NCBI RefSeq assembly: GCF_000143415.4
Contig: NW_003314267.1
Location: 1,438,100 to 1,502,099 of the forward strand
From: Selaginella moellendorffii
Lineage: Eukaryota; Plantae; Lycopodiophyta
Direction of reading: 5' to 3'
Length of the DNA stretch: 64,000 nucleotides
The position numbers were made by a program, and so were the translations under genes. How positions within the stretch are numbered: the first letter of the stretch is position 1; every line of letters starts with the position of its first letter. The notes beneath the pieces were generated by a model. That model saw nothing but the letters and a program-made list of their open reading frames with translations, did no database searches and was not told where the DNA came from. Shown in pieces: positions 12,488-25,900 of this stretch.

Positions 12488-13120
12488 GGCCGAGAATCCC
12501 CGAGAATGCGAGGCGCCGAGCAAACCTGGGGCGGATTCTCAGCCGATCCGGCCAAATCGACGCCCGATTCCTGCGAAGAAGACGCCGATCCGGCGAGGAA
12601 TCCCGCCGCCGCCGCACGATTCTTGGCTCCCGCCCGCCGATCTGGGCCTCATCGCGGCGCCATGGACTCCTCCTCTCGCCACAGCAGGTTAAAAACCAAA
12701 AGCTCTAAATTCAACTAAAACAAAACCAAAATGGTAGAGTATAAACGGCATGACACGTCACGCCCACGGACCCCGCCACGTTGGCATTTACATTGGCGCC
12801 AACACCTACGTGGTGATCCGACCGACGTGGCGAGCTCTCGGCCGTCAATGCAGCCCCAAGCGACCGAATATCCGCACCCGCGTTGTTCGAATCTTCTAGC
12901 CCCTCTCCCTCCAGAAAGCGCCAGAGTCGTGGACGGCATTCTAAATTCCTCCGTGTAATTTGACATTGTCTCGTCACGAAGAGAGAAAAAATCGACGAAA
13001 CAACACGATGATTCCTGGGATCTCTCTGCGTGATCCACGATCATAGAACAAAATACATCCAATCTTTCGCAATAAACAAACAAAAACTTAGACATATTTA
13101 GTGTCTCGTGTACTTCTTCT

Positions 13121-15363
13121 CTACAAAGATGCCAGGGATTGCATCACGTCGGCGTATATGTCCTCGTAGTCTTCGATGCCGCAGCTAAATCTCACCAAGT
13201 TATCTTTGATTCCCATCTTGGCTCTTTCGGCAGGACTCTGATCCCTGGAAGATTAAAAAAGAGAATCCAAAAGTTGAGTTGATGACGGCTGTAAAGTAGA
13301 AACTTTTTTACTGGTTTACTTACCAGTATGAGATGATCGTCGGCTGTTCTACGAGGCTTTCGCAGCCTCCCAGAGACGGAGCGATGTATGGTATACGAAG
13401 CCCGTCTATGAACTTTGAGGTGAGAGCCAAGTCTCCATCGATCTAGAAATGTGACAAACCGGGTCATAGTCGTAACAAGAAAAAGAGAAGGAATGGAAAG
13501 AAGGAAGCTTACTTCAAAGCTCACCACGCCACCGAAACCACGCATCTGCTTGCTTGCAATGTGGAATTCCGGATGGCTTTCCAGACCAGGATAGTGAACA
13601 CGAGCAATCTATGAAACCAAGCTTGTTAATATTTCCTCGAAGAGAAAAATATACATTACATTACCTTGGGATGGGATTCAAGAGCTCGTGCCAGTCGCAA
13701 CGCATTCGAATTCTGCTGCCTCACGCGCAGATCCAACGTTTTGAGACCCCTTCCAATGAGATACGCAGCATGCTACAAACAGGAAAGAAGATCGATCAAC
13801 AGGAAGCAAGCGTCAGAAAATAATGAGGAAACAAACACAAGTATGCAATATCATCTTACCGCATCCACGACGCCTCCTAAAACATTGTGCAGCTTTCGCA
13901 CAGTGTCAACGAGTGGCTTGGAGCCGCTGATACTGCCTGCCAGGACCTGAAATAAAGGACAGTTTCTATCAGCTTTCAATGCTCGAAAACAAAAAATAAA
14001 ACAATCGTACGTCATTGTGGCCGGCAATGTATTTAGTCGCCGAGTTGAGAACCAGGTCCGCCCCCAGAGCTAAAGCCTTCTGATTCACAGGTGTTGCGAA
14101 GGTTCCATCGATGCAAACAATGGCCCCCTTCCGGCGACAAAGTGTTGAAACGAGTTCGATGTCTATACAGCGGAGATACGGGTTTGTAGGTGACTCCGAA
14201 AAAAATAATGATACCTGGATGGGCCAGCGACACAATAAGAGAGCCAAAGTCAGCAAGTGGAGATAGCGATATGTGATATTATAGCTTACAGGGTTGTCGT
14301 CTAACGCTCGCTTGAGCGAAGCCATATCTGCCGGATCGATGACGGTAGTCTGAAAGATAACAAGTATGAATCGATACCGAGAGAAGGAAAACTTGCGAAC
14401 GGGAGAAATCAGCATACCGTTATCCCCATTTTGGGGAGCACAGTCTGGACGAACTGCCTTGTTCTACGGTAGCAATCAGTCGTGGTTACAATGTGTCCAC
14501 CAGCCGGAACCAAAGCCAAGAGCATTGTAGTTGCAGCACACATACCGGAAGCCGAGACTAAAGTCTCTTCAGCACCCTCTAGAGCACTGTAGAAAAGATG
14601 AGATGAAAAGTATGAGATGGATTTCTATCTTTCAATCGCAAACCTGATCTTTCTTTCAGTAGCTTGGGTCGTGGGATTTCCATAGCGACCATACTCGAAG
14701 CTTTTGTATGTTCCATCCTACATTCATAGCAGCAGCGTGAGAAAATTGGTCAAGTAGAGACTTGTTCTCCCTTGCCTGAAATGCTATCAGATCGGCCGTG
14801 TTCCGGAAAGTATACGTAGCAGTCTGGACAATTGGAGTCGTGAGTGAATCGGCAACCTTGGTCCCATTCTCTCGCTCACCTATAGAAAACAAACGAAATT
14901 TTAGAGAAAGATCTAGTCACTAGAACAAAGGAAAAGAGGAAATCACGCATGCTTTACCTCCATGCACAGCCAGAGTGCTTGTAGACTTGGGCTTTGGCTT
15001 CTCGGCCGCCTTATCGATCTTCACAGCCGTGCCATTCACAGAGATTCCCACCGACAGAGCCGCCGCGACGCCGTCGACGATCGAGCTACTGCCACCGCTG
15101 CTTTGGCCGCTCATGGCAGAAGCCGCTACCACTTGCGCAACCCCAATATTGCTGCAGTTCCTCCGCGATTTGACGCTGAGCTGCCGCGCGAAGTTTGGAG
15201 GAAACCTGAGAATCATCGCTGCCGACGCAATGCTGCTCAACCTGTCGGTCCCGGATCGGGGCGGAGAAATCGGCGCTGGCGCTGGCGATGGCGATGCCGC
15301 GCCGGATGAATCCGCGCGGTAATCGCAGCCGCAATAGAAAGGGAACGAAGCCGCGGCCGCCAT
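13121..15363 (-). CDS. CGS1: Cystathionine gamma-synthase, plastid, multi-exon
   Basis: Transit peptide and MTO1 region [11 protein letters not shown]; YGRYGNPT; FFSESPTNP; PLP lysine motif [11 protein letters not shown]; GFGGVVSF; APSLGGCES. Confidence 0.96.
15133..15165 (-). promoter_or_regulatory. MTO1 region (SAM-responsive nascent-peptide arrest element) in CGS exon 1
   Basis: Encodes [11 protein letters not shown], the conserved plant CGS MTO1 peptide. Confidence 0.9.
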
Positions 15364-15723
15364 CGCTCCTCCCACTTCCCTGATTCTCACGCCCGAGATT
15401 TTACCTTATAATGCAGACCTAGTTACCGCGAAAACGTGACCGCGCGGTGAGAAAATTTCACCACGACGCGGCGGTATGTCGAGTCCGTGCGGGACCCGCG
15501 CGGGAGATATTCCAAGATATTGGTGGGAATCAAACGCTACACAACATATTAGCTACTATCATCTTCTCATTATCTCGTAGTGTGTTCTTTCTTCGTCTTG
15601 ATTCAGTGTATATGAAATGTAGAGTAAAAAAATCCTTCGTTGGATGGATCGCTTATCTCCTTTTCTAGGAATTCCCAAAATCCTGTGCCAAAAAATCCTT
15701 TTGCTTTCCCTCTTTCGTCCTTC

Positions 15724-17557
15724 TCAAGCACTGTTCTCGTCCACAGGAGTTTCATCCGATGGCGTTGTCTCTTCGGAGTCTTGAGGAGCTGCTGCTGGAC
15801 TGTTACTCGGCTTTCCGGAAGAAACTTTCACCATGGCGGCCCTCAAAAGCTTCTCTCCTAGCAAAAATCCTCGTCTAAATTCCTGCGTTACAATACCTTC
15901 GTCATACTCGCTAGATTCCTCGCGCATTATCGCCTCGTGAAGCTGTACCAAGATAATGCTCCACTCATTAGCACGAGAAGCAAAAGCGATCTTTGAGTGA
16001 GACTAAACTTACCTCGGGATTGAATTCCTTTCCGACTGTGTCGATGACTTTGACGCCCAAGCTCTTCATGATATCCACAAACTGTTTGTAGATCCCCTGA
16101 TAGCTACTGTCAATCTTCCTCTCGCCATCAGTCTCGGCCTTGATCGCTCCCTTGGCCCTCTCGAAGTTGTCGATCATTGGCAACAAGCTTTCCACCACGT
16201 CGCCTTTGACGGTCTCTCGCAGCGAATCCTTCTCGCGTCCCGATCGCTTCCTGAAGTTGTCAAAGTCTGCGTTGAGTCGCAAGAGCCGCTCCTTGGCCAG
16301 GGCCGATTCCTCCGTGAGATTTGCAACGAGCTGACTGAGAGAGTCCCTCTCCTTTTGGATCACTTCCAGCTCCGCCTGTATGGTGCTCATTGCTGCTTGA
16401 TCGTTGCCTAGAACAGCTTCAGAGTAGTTCCGGAGGAGAACTTCGATGACCGAAGCCGAGACCTCGGTCGGCTCACTCCCGTTAACTTGAGAAGTTGTGT
16501 CTTCCAGGCCGTCATCATCAGCCTTCTCCTTTTCGTCCTCCACTTGCTGCAAAGATCAAAATCAATTCTTGTCAAACGTGAAAGTGAAGAAAAGCATCCT
16601 AAGGAGCTGAGATGAAACAAAGCTCTCATCCATAGCAAGTCTAGCAGCGCAAGAAAAAGCTGAAAAAAAGGAACTTAAAGCCAAGCAAAAAACAAAACTA
16701 ATCACGAAGACATAAAAATCTATATACGCGGCATGCTGAAAAACCACCGACGGATCAATCCAAGCAGAGAAAGAAACCAACTCTATAGATGGAGAGACAC
16801 ACAATGCAGGAGTTTCACGCTGAACTGTATGAAGAAAATGGAACCGAGAAATGCCAGGCAAAAATCGAAACCAATCACTACTAAGACAGAAAAATCTATT
16901 CACAAGAACAAGTAGAAAAACCACTGACGTTCAATCCAAGCAGAGAAAATGGAACAGAGAAATGCCAAGAAAAAATCAAAACTAGCTCATCCACACAAAA
17001 ACACGCTGAAAAAATACTGACGGATCAATCCAGCTCTATGGATTGAGAGACACACAATGCAAGAGTTTCACGTCGCATGGACTGTATGAAGTCATCCTAC
17101 TAAAACGGACCAAGCAAAAATCAAAACTAATCAGACAGAAAAATCTATCCACACAAGTTCGAACACGCTGAAAAGGATCAATCCAAGCAGAGAAAAAAAA
17201 ACCAGCTCTATAGAATGAGAGACACGAGTTCCACGTAGCATGAATGGAAAAGAGAGGGAGGAATGCTCGCTCGCTATGGGAACCCTAGGGTTTTTGTAGA
17301 GCGAAGGCTCATACCTCAGCTTGGCTGGCCTGCTGCTCGGCGAGCGCAAACGTCCGGTAGCGCAATCTCCTGGATCCACAGACTGCGGCATTGCGCGTCC
17401 CGGGCCTGGAAACTAGGGAATTGAAGCACAGCCCTCGCCCGCGATGCTGCGTCCCGATCGAAATCGACGAAGAGCACAGGCTCCTCCGCAATGGCAATGG
17501 ATTCACCAGTGTCGCCGACGCCGCCGACGCCGATGCCGCAGCCATAGCCGCCGCCAT
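15724..17557 (-). CDS. Chloroplast GrpE nucleotide exchange factor, 3 exons
   Basis: Ala/Ser-rich transit peptide; RLLRLNADFDNFRKR, LLPMIDNFERA, FNPE|LHEAIMREES..GEKLLRAAMVKVS. Confidence 0.95.
16700..17240. repeat. Degenerate tandem repeats in the long GrpE intron 1
   Basis: ggatcaatcca(agcagag)..ctcta..gagacac..gagtt(t)cacg recurs at about 16750, 17020 and 17175. Confidence 0.7.
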
Positions 17558-18055
17558 GCACCGAAATCTTCCCCTCTCGTTCCCCTCCTCGGGCTTGGAA
17601 TTTCCCTACTACGCAGGAGAATTTTGACGGTCGCGATTGCTTATCCCGTGACGATTCTGGCGAGCATTCAATCCTGGCCGCTTGTTGCGGAATGTAATCC
17701 TTGATGCCTTTACGGGCGGAAGAGTCTAGACGTTGCAGGCATAGAAGAGGTCGGCGGTTCGAAGCCGGGTAATATACCGGAAAAAGATGCCACGCGCATC
17801 TTGACCGTTGATTTTTTCGGGGTCAGATACGTGGACACGTGACGCTTTGCGACAGACTTCTCGGGTCCGATCACTCGCAAATGTGCCCGCGCCAGCGACA
17901 CTAGCGACTATTATTTTTACTCTTCCTCACACAATTTAGGGTTTTTAATTTCACTCCATCGCTGGAGCTGGGATTCGCGACGCACGCGCCGATCTTCGGG
18001 TAAATCTCTAGATCTAGGGCCGGATCTCAAGCTGGAGGGAGCTAGCTATGGTAAT

Positions 18056-20571
18056 ATGGAGCAACAGAGAATGGAGGAGGCCGCCGCGACGATTGTGGCC
18101 CAGGATGGATCAGAGATTATCGACAGCGGTGACAGCAGCGACGAGGAAAGGCTTATAGAAATGGAAGCGCTCAAGAGCGACGCAGAAATCCCGAAATCCA
18201 GTCTTTGGAGCTTGGGGGATAGCTCTCTCGTAAGCCTCGCCTTGTGGTCGATGGTAGCTGGAGGGATCCAGTTTGGATGGGCTCTCCAATTATCTCTCCT
18301 CACGCCTTACGTTCAGGTAGATTTTTTTTTTCTTCTTTTGGTGTTCTTCTTCTTTCCTTTTCGTGTGTTCTAAGAAACGTTGTTTCTGGTCCTAGACACT
18401 GGGAATTGGACACTCCTCTTCATCCTTCATATGGCTGTGTGGCCCTGTCACCGGGTTGATCGTAAGTCAATTACATACGTTTTCTTACGTACGTTTTCCA
18501 CGTTTTTTTTCTTTATTTTTCTCTCAGGTCCAGCCATGCGTTGGTATCTGGAGCGATAGGTGTAGATCGAAATGGGGACGCAGAAGGCCTTTCATTTTTG
18601 TGGGAGCCCTGCTGGTTTGCGTTGCCGTAAGTTTTAGTTGTTTCTTTTTTCTTTCTGGTGACGACATCTGATAAGTTGCTCCATTTCAGGTAGTTTTTAT
18701 AGGATTTGCGGCGGACTTTGGTTATTTGTTGGGGGATCCGCATGTTGATTGTAAGTAAGTATGCCACGTAAAACGAGTACACTATCATCGTTACACAGAA
18801 AATTTCAGGTCACCGAAGATAGTAACGCGGCCATGGGCCGTGGGAATTTTTGTACTCGGATTTTGGATGCTGGATGTAGCTAATAACACTGTACAGGTAA
18901 AAGTTTTTAGAGTTCATCTTGGCATTGACACAGTCTAAATTCCAGGCGCCTGCTCGAGCTCTATTAGCGGACTTAGCAGGTACTAGAAACATATAATGAA
19001 AGCTTTGTGCATTGTTTAACTTTCTCTTCTGGTTGTTCAGGTCCGACTCAGAGGAATTCTGCTAATGCCACCTTCTGCTCATGGATTGCTTTGGGTAACA
19101 TTTTGGGCTTTGCTACTGGAGCGGGTGGACACTGGCATAGGTACATTGTTACAGGCTTTCGATCTGTTCAAACTGCTAAATGAAATATCTGTTCAGGTGG
19201 TTTCCCTTCTTGAAGAGTAAGGCATGCTGTGAAGCGTGCGGAAATCTCAAGGCTGCTTATCTTTTAGCTGTGGTAAGTGATTTGAATTCCCGCATCTGCT
19301 AGATTTCTGGTGCAAAATTTTGTCGCAGATATTCTTGGCGTTTTGTACAGCAATGACATTGTGGTTCTCACATGAAATTCCGCTTTTGCCGAAAGAGGAA
19401 AGGAAAGAAGACTATGCACCTATATCTCGTGAAGATCGTAGCGGGAAAGAGCTTGAACTGACCGTTATTAATGGTTCTCGAGCTGATGACGGATTATCGA
19501 ATGGCCATCACAACATAAATGGCAATCACGATAAAAATGCTGCGAAGGAAGAAAAAGTCGACGTAGTTGCGGGACCTGGAGCGGTTCTGGTGAATCTCTT
19601 GGTGGGCATGAGACAACTTCCAGAGGCAATGAAGAGCGTTTTGCTCGTCATGACGTTATCTTGGGTAAGAATCTCTTTTCTTCTAGTTGATTTCTAACTT
19701 TGTGGTTTCTCAGCTATCCTGGTTTCCTTTCTTCCTCTTTGATACGGATTGGATGGGCCGAGAAGTTTACAACGGTGATCCTTCTGGTGGTATTGACAAG
19801 GCGAAGAGCTATCAGAAAGGAGTTCAAGCCGGTGCCTTTGGATTGTTATTAAATTCGGTACGTATTTCTTTTCGTTTGTTTGTTGATAGTTCAACCGTGC
19901 GCGCAGGTTGTGTTGGGTGTCTCTTCGTTTCTCATTGATCCTTTGTGTCGCTGGGTCGGGTCGAAAACGCTATGGGCTACAAGCAACTTCATCGTTTTCA
20001 TCTGTATGGCCTCTACAGCAATTATCAGCGCGTCGGCATACCACCATTTCCAAGACTTCCATTCGATAAAGAATGGAGCTCTTGTGCTTTTTGCGGTTCT
20101 GGGATTTCCTCTTGCGGTGAGCTAGCTTTGCTCTCTAAAATACTCGACTCAGATTTTGTTCGCAGGTAACTTACAGCGTACCATTTTCCATCACTGCTGA
20201 GTTGACGGCCGATACAGGGGGTGGTCAAGGTTGGTGTCTTGATCCTTTTTTTTCTCGATGGATAGTAAGCGTTTTTTCTTCGTTGCAGGCCTGGCGATGG
20301 GAATTTTGAATCTCTCCGTTGTTATCCCGCAGGTCGGCGTTTCATTTCTTCTGCGTTGATTCACATTGTCTTCTCAACTTTCCTTTTCTTTTTCCAGCTG
20401 GTAGTTGCCTTGGGAGCCGGGCCCTGGGACGCGGTTTTTGGAGGTGGCAACGAGCCAGCGTTCGTTCTGGCAGCCTTGTTCGCGCTGGTCGCTGGGATAA
20501 TCGCCATAGCCTGGCTGCCCCAGCTCTCCAGAGAAGGCTACCATCGCACAGAGCTACACGGCCTTGGATAA
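18056..20571 (+). CDS. Sucrose/H+ symporter, SUT2/SUC3-like (extended central loop), multi-exon
   Basis: [68 protein letters not shown]; long hydrophilic central loop. Confidence 0.95.
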
Positions 20572-20764
20572 GCATTTGACTTTTCTTTTTCTTTCTTCGT
20601 TTTGACTTCCATTCGCTTGGGAAGCTCACCAAAGCTTGCTTCTGTGTCTGTGTTTATCGCAGCAGGAGCAAAGTGTACATAGCAGAAGAGAATAAAATCA
20701 AAAGCCAAGGCGATATAGGGTTCTCTCTGGCCTCGTCTTACCAATAGTAGGGAAAGAAGAAGGT

Positions 20765-21254
20765 ATGCCCGTGCTAACAATCCATACCAATGTGGTGCTC
20801 TTGGATGGAAGTTTGATGTCCTCGGTTGTGAGCAAGCTTAGTCACGAAGTCGCTAAAACTACAGGCAAGCCCGAGTCTGTAAGTGGAGCTAGCTCTTTGG
20901 ATTTTTCTCTCGGAGTTTTTTTGACGTCTTGTTCTACAGTACGTGATGGTGCTTCTTCATGGTGGTGTCACTCTAGCGTTTCAAGGGTGCCACGAGAGCG
21001 CTGCTGCGTATGGAGAATTGGTCTCGATTGGTGGGCTCTCTCCGGGAGTTAACCAGGATTTGTGCAAAGCCATAGCTCGGGTTTTGGAGGAGGAGCTAAA
21101 GGTGCCACCGTCGAGGTGCTACATCAAGTTTTACCAAGAACAGGCATGTGTTTTAAGAATCTGGTGCTCGGTTTCTTCGTTTCTCTTTGACGAAATTTTA
21201 TCTTTCTAGGCCCAGTCCGAGCAAGCTTCCTGTCTACACGCACTCCACCAGTAA
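20765..21254 (+). CDS. MIF / D-dopachrome tautomerase-like (MDL) protein, 3 exons
   Basis: N-terminal MP (catalytic Pro1), GKPES|YVMV, AAYGELVSIGGL, SRCYIKF; C-terminus ..CLHALHQ*. Confidence 0.92.
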
Positions 21255-21525
21255 AAAAGAGAGAGATCCAATCTTTTGATCAGTCCATAGTCATTCTTTC
21301 ACGGCTTACGCGTTTGATGATCACAGATCTTGCGAGACCAAACGAACCGCAAAGATCTGTAAAGAGCCCCTGAGTTTTCTTGCGAGAGCTGACGACTTGA
21401 TTCATGGAAGAAACAAAGAGCAAAAAGATGGAACTTTTAACTAGACGCGCGTGAGCCTACTGACTATACAAACCGCAAAAATTTCGAGAGAGCTCATCTT
21501 CCTTGAGAGTTGGGATTGGTCTTCT

Positions 21526-22751
21526 CTACTTGTCCCACTCTGGATCGATGTCGGACGGAGGCTGGACGAGGCTGCGGGGAGCGGTGGTGCCGGAGACCGA
21601 GGCGCCACTGGCGCCAGCCTCGTCGATCCCGTTCACCTCAGTGGCGTAGTGCCAGCCCATGAGATAAGGGAGAGCGTACTAGAAAAGAGTGTTCCAAGAT
21701 ACTGTTAGTGTTGAGTGGAAGAACAATGGAAGAACAAGCAAGAACTACTTACATTGGCCGCGGAGCGAATGATGGCAAATTCACCCTTTGAGATTGGAAT
21801 GTTGAGTCGTGCCTCGGCTTTCTCCACCTTGTTTGCCACAGCTACAGGCGCGATGGAAATGAGTTCCAGAGAACTGGAAAGAAGGATCTTTCAGTTACTT
21901 ACTTAAACCGAAGAAGAATCCATTCCTGTCCGTGGTGGGTTCGATCTTGAGCGACTTTCTCACCATTCCAGCGTCACTGCCACGGAGCAAGTTCCAAATG
22001 TTTATCAGCAAAACCGAGATCTCTAGCTTTCAGAAGGAGAAAAACAAGAGGAAGTCTTACGATTTTCCCATGTTTGGGTCGTGAAAGAACTCGAGAGATT
22101 CCGACGGGGTCAGTGCAAGGATCTGTCCGAGCTCGCTCACAGAGAGAGCGAAAAGCTGCAAGAACCTCATCAGTGGCTGACACCTGCGAAAGCGGGAACG
22201 AGACTACCTGCTTTTTTCCCCAGTCGTACTGACGCTGAGAGATGGATGGCGCAAACTCCAGCATCACAGTCCCCTCTCGAGAGAGAATCGCGTCTCCAGA
22301 CTAGAGGAAACAAAATAAGAAATCAACTAAGAACAAAGCTTCTCGGATCTTCTTACATCTGATATCTTGAAAGTCGGCTTGATGAGTCGCATGTTGAGCG
22401 CACACTTTCCTTTGTAGAACACATGATCGGCAAAGACTCGCCTTGGTCGGGTTTCTGAAACAAAAGAACCTGCTAACAAGCTGACGGCGAGTGCCGATAG
22501 TTTTTCACCTGTAGCCTCATGGGCTGCCATCGTAGCCATGCTCCGACGAATGGAGACACCACCAAGCTCCAGCTTTGGCATGGAGAACGAAAACACACTT
22601 GGGAGCCTGGATAAAAAAGCGAAGCACTCGTCAGAGGAGAAAATAGAAGAAAAGAGATAAAAGAAACCACGAACTTGGTGTAGCCCAGCACACTTTCCAT
22701 TGTACCGCCGCAGGTGCCGCCCAAAACCTTCGTCCTCGCCACAGCCCACAT
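21526..22751 (-). CDS. Whirly ssDNA-binding protein (WHY2-like, organellar)
   Basis: VFYKGKCAL, LEFAPSISQRQYDWGKKQ|LFALSVSELG, FFHDPNMGKS, LPYLMGW, PEWDK*. Confidence 0.93.
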
Positions 22752-22941
22752 TCCTGCGTTAAAACCCTCAACCCAAAAATCCCTAGCATAAAGAAGTTAG
22801 CAAAACTAACCTGAGCTCAACTATGGAACTTTCAGTGATGGAGCCATATGGCAATCACGTCAACGAGCCGTATCTCACACTGACACATATAAATATCAGT
22901 GACTTCTGTTGTCTTTGACAAGGTTAATTGACTCGGGGAAG

Positions 22942-25900
22942 ATGGAAATGGCGCAAGAACTGCTGGACGGACCGCTGCACGAGATCAAAGAAACCAGTAA
23001 GTATGATTTCCACTTCAACACCCATCAGTGCCAGTACCTGCAAAGCCGATGCTCCGTGGTCGAAGAATACGTGCGGCTTTGGCAGAGCTGCTCCGAGCTT
23101 GAGCCACTTCCCCTGGCCATGGAGGAGCTCCGTTGTATGCTAAGCAGAGCCTTGCAGCTTCTCAAGCAGTGCCAGCACGAGGAATGGCTGTACCATGCTG
23201 CAGTCCGGCTCACTGATTCCAGAGCCTTTGCGGAGATCTGCTGGTGTCTCAGTAGATTGACGGCCTTGGTCAATGCTCACATGATCCATTCTGCCATGGA
23301 TATTAGGAGTCCCAATGTACAGTGCCTCATGGCTATGCCTTACAAGCGCAAGCACATAGAGAACCTGCGTTCGGCAATGGAGGACCTGAGTCCCTGCACA
23401 TCAAGAGATAGAAAGGAGCTCTTCGTGAGAGCAAATTCCATCGGAGAAACTGACGGCAGGTATGGTCTGGCACAGTACCTTGTTGAGAAGCTGCTGTCAA
23501 GCGGAGGAGGAGCACTTCCTACCATTCAGGCCCTCGAACTCAAGACTCTGATAGGTGCGGGGGCATTTGGTTCCGTGTACAAGGCTGAATGGCTGGGGGC
23601 ACCAGTTGCTGTGAAAGAGTTTAGGAGCGGTGATGCTTCATTCGACAAGGAGGTGAACATCCTGAAAGAACTTATTTCAGAACCGCACCCGAGCGTGCTC
23701 CAAATGATAGGATACTATCAGAAGGATGAGAAGGCTTACCTTGTCATGGAGCTGATGGAAAGAGATTTGGCCAACGTTATAAGGAAGACTCAAGGTTCGC
23801 TGCAACTTTTAACTTCTATAGACATCATGCTCCAGATTGCGAGCGGCATGAGCTACCTCCATCAAAAGAATGTGGTTCATCGAGACCTCAAGCCTTCGAA
23901 TATCCTGGTTAAGACACCGAACCATGCCTGCGCCACCTGTTCCAACGTGAGGTTAACAGACTTCGGAGTCTCAAAGTCGAACTTTATAAGCTTTGCACCG
24001 GACTTGTCTTACCAGAGGGGGACGATCCAATACATGGCTCCAGAGATGCTGAGGGGTCAGAAGTACTCCAGAGAAGTTGACGTGTACAGCTTTGGAATTA
24101 CTTGCTTCCAGATCCTGACTGGAACGCTGCCATTTCAGGACGATGGCAAGCAGCTGGTGGCAGATAAACTGGTCGAGACGATCGAAGATGGAAATAGGCC
24201 TGACCTTCCAACAGGCTGTCCACTGGAGCTGGTTGCTCTCCTCAACAGGTGCTGGAACAGGAATCCGAAAGATAGACCAACCTTCGAACACATATCCAGA
24301 ATGCTGTGGTCGCTAAAAGAAAGGTTGCTTGGTGGCCACAACCTCGAATCCAGCTTCACAGGCAGTGAGATGTCCAGTTGCAACGCTGCGGAAGAGCTCA
24401 CACTCGCTGCAGGAGATATGATCTGCCAGATTTCAGTTGCTGCTCCGTTCACAAATTTTCACCAGTGCTACTTCTTGCAGTCGAGGTGCAAGCAGATTTC
24501 CAGCTACCGCGAATTTCCGAATAAGCTGCGCCTTCGTTCATGGTTTGCCGTTCAGATAAAGCTGGTGACTACCTTGAGAACTGCGTTGTCGCTGCTAGAA
24601 TCTTACAGTGAAGAGAGGTGGCTGCATACGGCGGTGCTGAAAGAGCATAACCCGTGGGCGTTCAGAAAAGCTCTTGAAGATATCAACAGATGTGAAACCA
24701 CACTGAGAGCCATAAACCCCGGCAACCACAGCGATAACGTGATGACGTTCCCCGCTGTTCCTGAGCAATATGCGGAAGATGATAAAAAGAGAATGGCGGA
24801 AAGCATCAAAGGCTTACTCGATGCATCGGACGGGGTGACGGTTAAGTTTGCAGAATATTTGGTTCAAAAAGCAGCTTTTGATTCAGTGTTACCATGCATC
24901 GATCCACAGGAAATCGTACTGCTCAATTTCATAGGAATGTCAAACCATGGGACGATATTTGAAGCAAGATGGCTAGACGTACCTGTGATGGTAAAAGCCC
25001 TTGGAACAGGAAATGAAGCTGAAAAGCTCCTGAAGGAGCTTGACAAGCGGCACGCAGAACTTATAAACAGGCCCCATCCAAATGTAGTGCAAGTTATCGG
25101 CTACACAAGGCACGGGGAAAACCTGTTCGTGGTGTCCGAGCGGGTCTCTGGAGGCCACTTCCGAGTGACAAAGTTCCCTCTTGTATTGACCATCGAGATC
25201 CTGCTTCAAGTTGCTCAAGGCGTGGCCTACTTGCATGAACATAACTGCGAGCTCTCGGACTTGAATACGCTGCTGGTGGACTTTGAAAAAGGCCACTTCG
25301 ACGAATTCACCGGTGGCATCACTGTCAAAGTTCACGCACAGTCCAACCTCAGAAAACGAGATGGACCAAATAGCTTGAGTACCTTGGCTGGAAGGTTGAA
25401 GCATCCGTTCCACTTCCCTCACGTGCCAGACGCGGACTGCGGGAAGATCGACGCGTACAAGTTTGGTATAGCCTGCGTAGAAATGATCACCGGACAAACC
25501 ATCGGGGAAGAAATACTGCTCTCTGGAAAACTACCGCAACTGCCTCACGATTGCACGGGAATCAAGGCTGTGATAGAGAAATGCCTGAGCTCGCAGCCTC
25601 CGGGCTTCCATCAAATCGTGGAACTCCTGCAATCAGCTCAACTTAGACTGGAGATTCCGCCTACAAGCGACATAGACTACCGACGGATGCTTCTGGACTC
25701 CAGCGCTCAAACTGGACTCAAGCTCGACATAACGGGAGACGCAGTAATTGGTGGCAAGCTCATTGCTGTTGGAAACGTAGAAAATGTGGGTAACAGGCTC
25801 TACCAGTGGATCCGTCAGCACAAAGATGGAACTATAGAGCGGTTGCGGCCATTTCTCGTGACGGAGTTGGACTCTGGGACACTGGAGTATGATCTAACAG

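Noticed and set aside
17715-17775. tRNA-like GGTTCGAAGCC motif
   Set aside because: No cloverleaf, A-box or acceptor stem.
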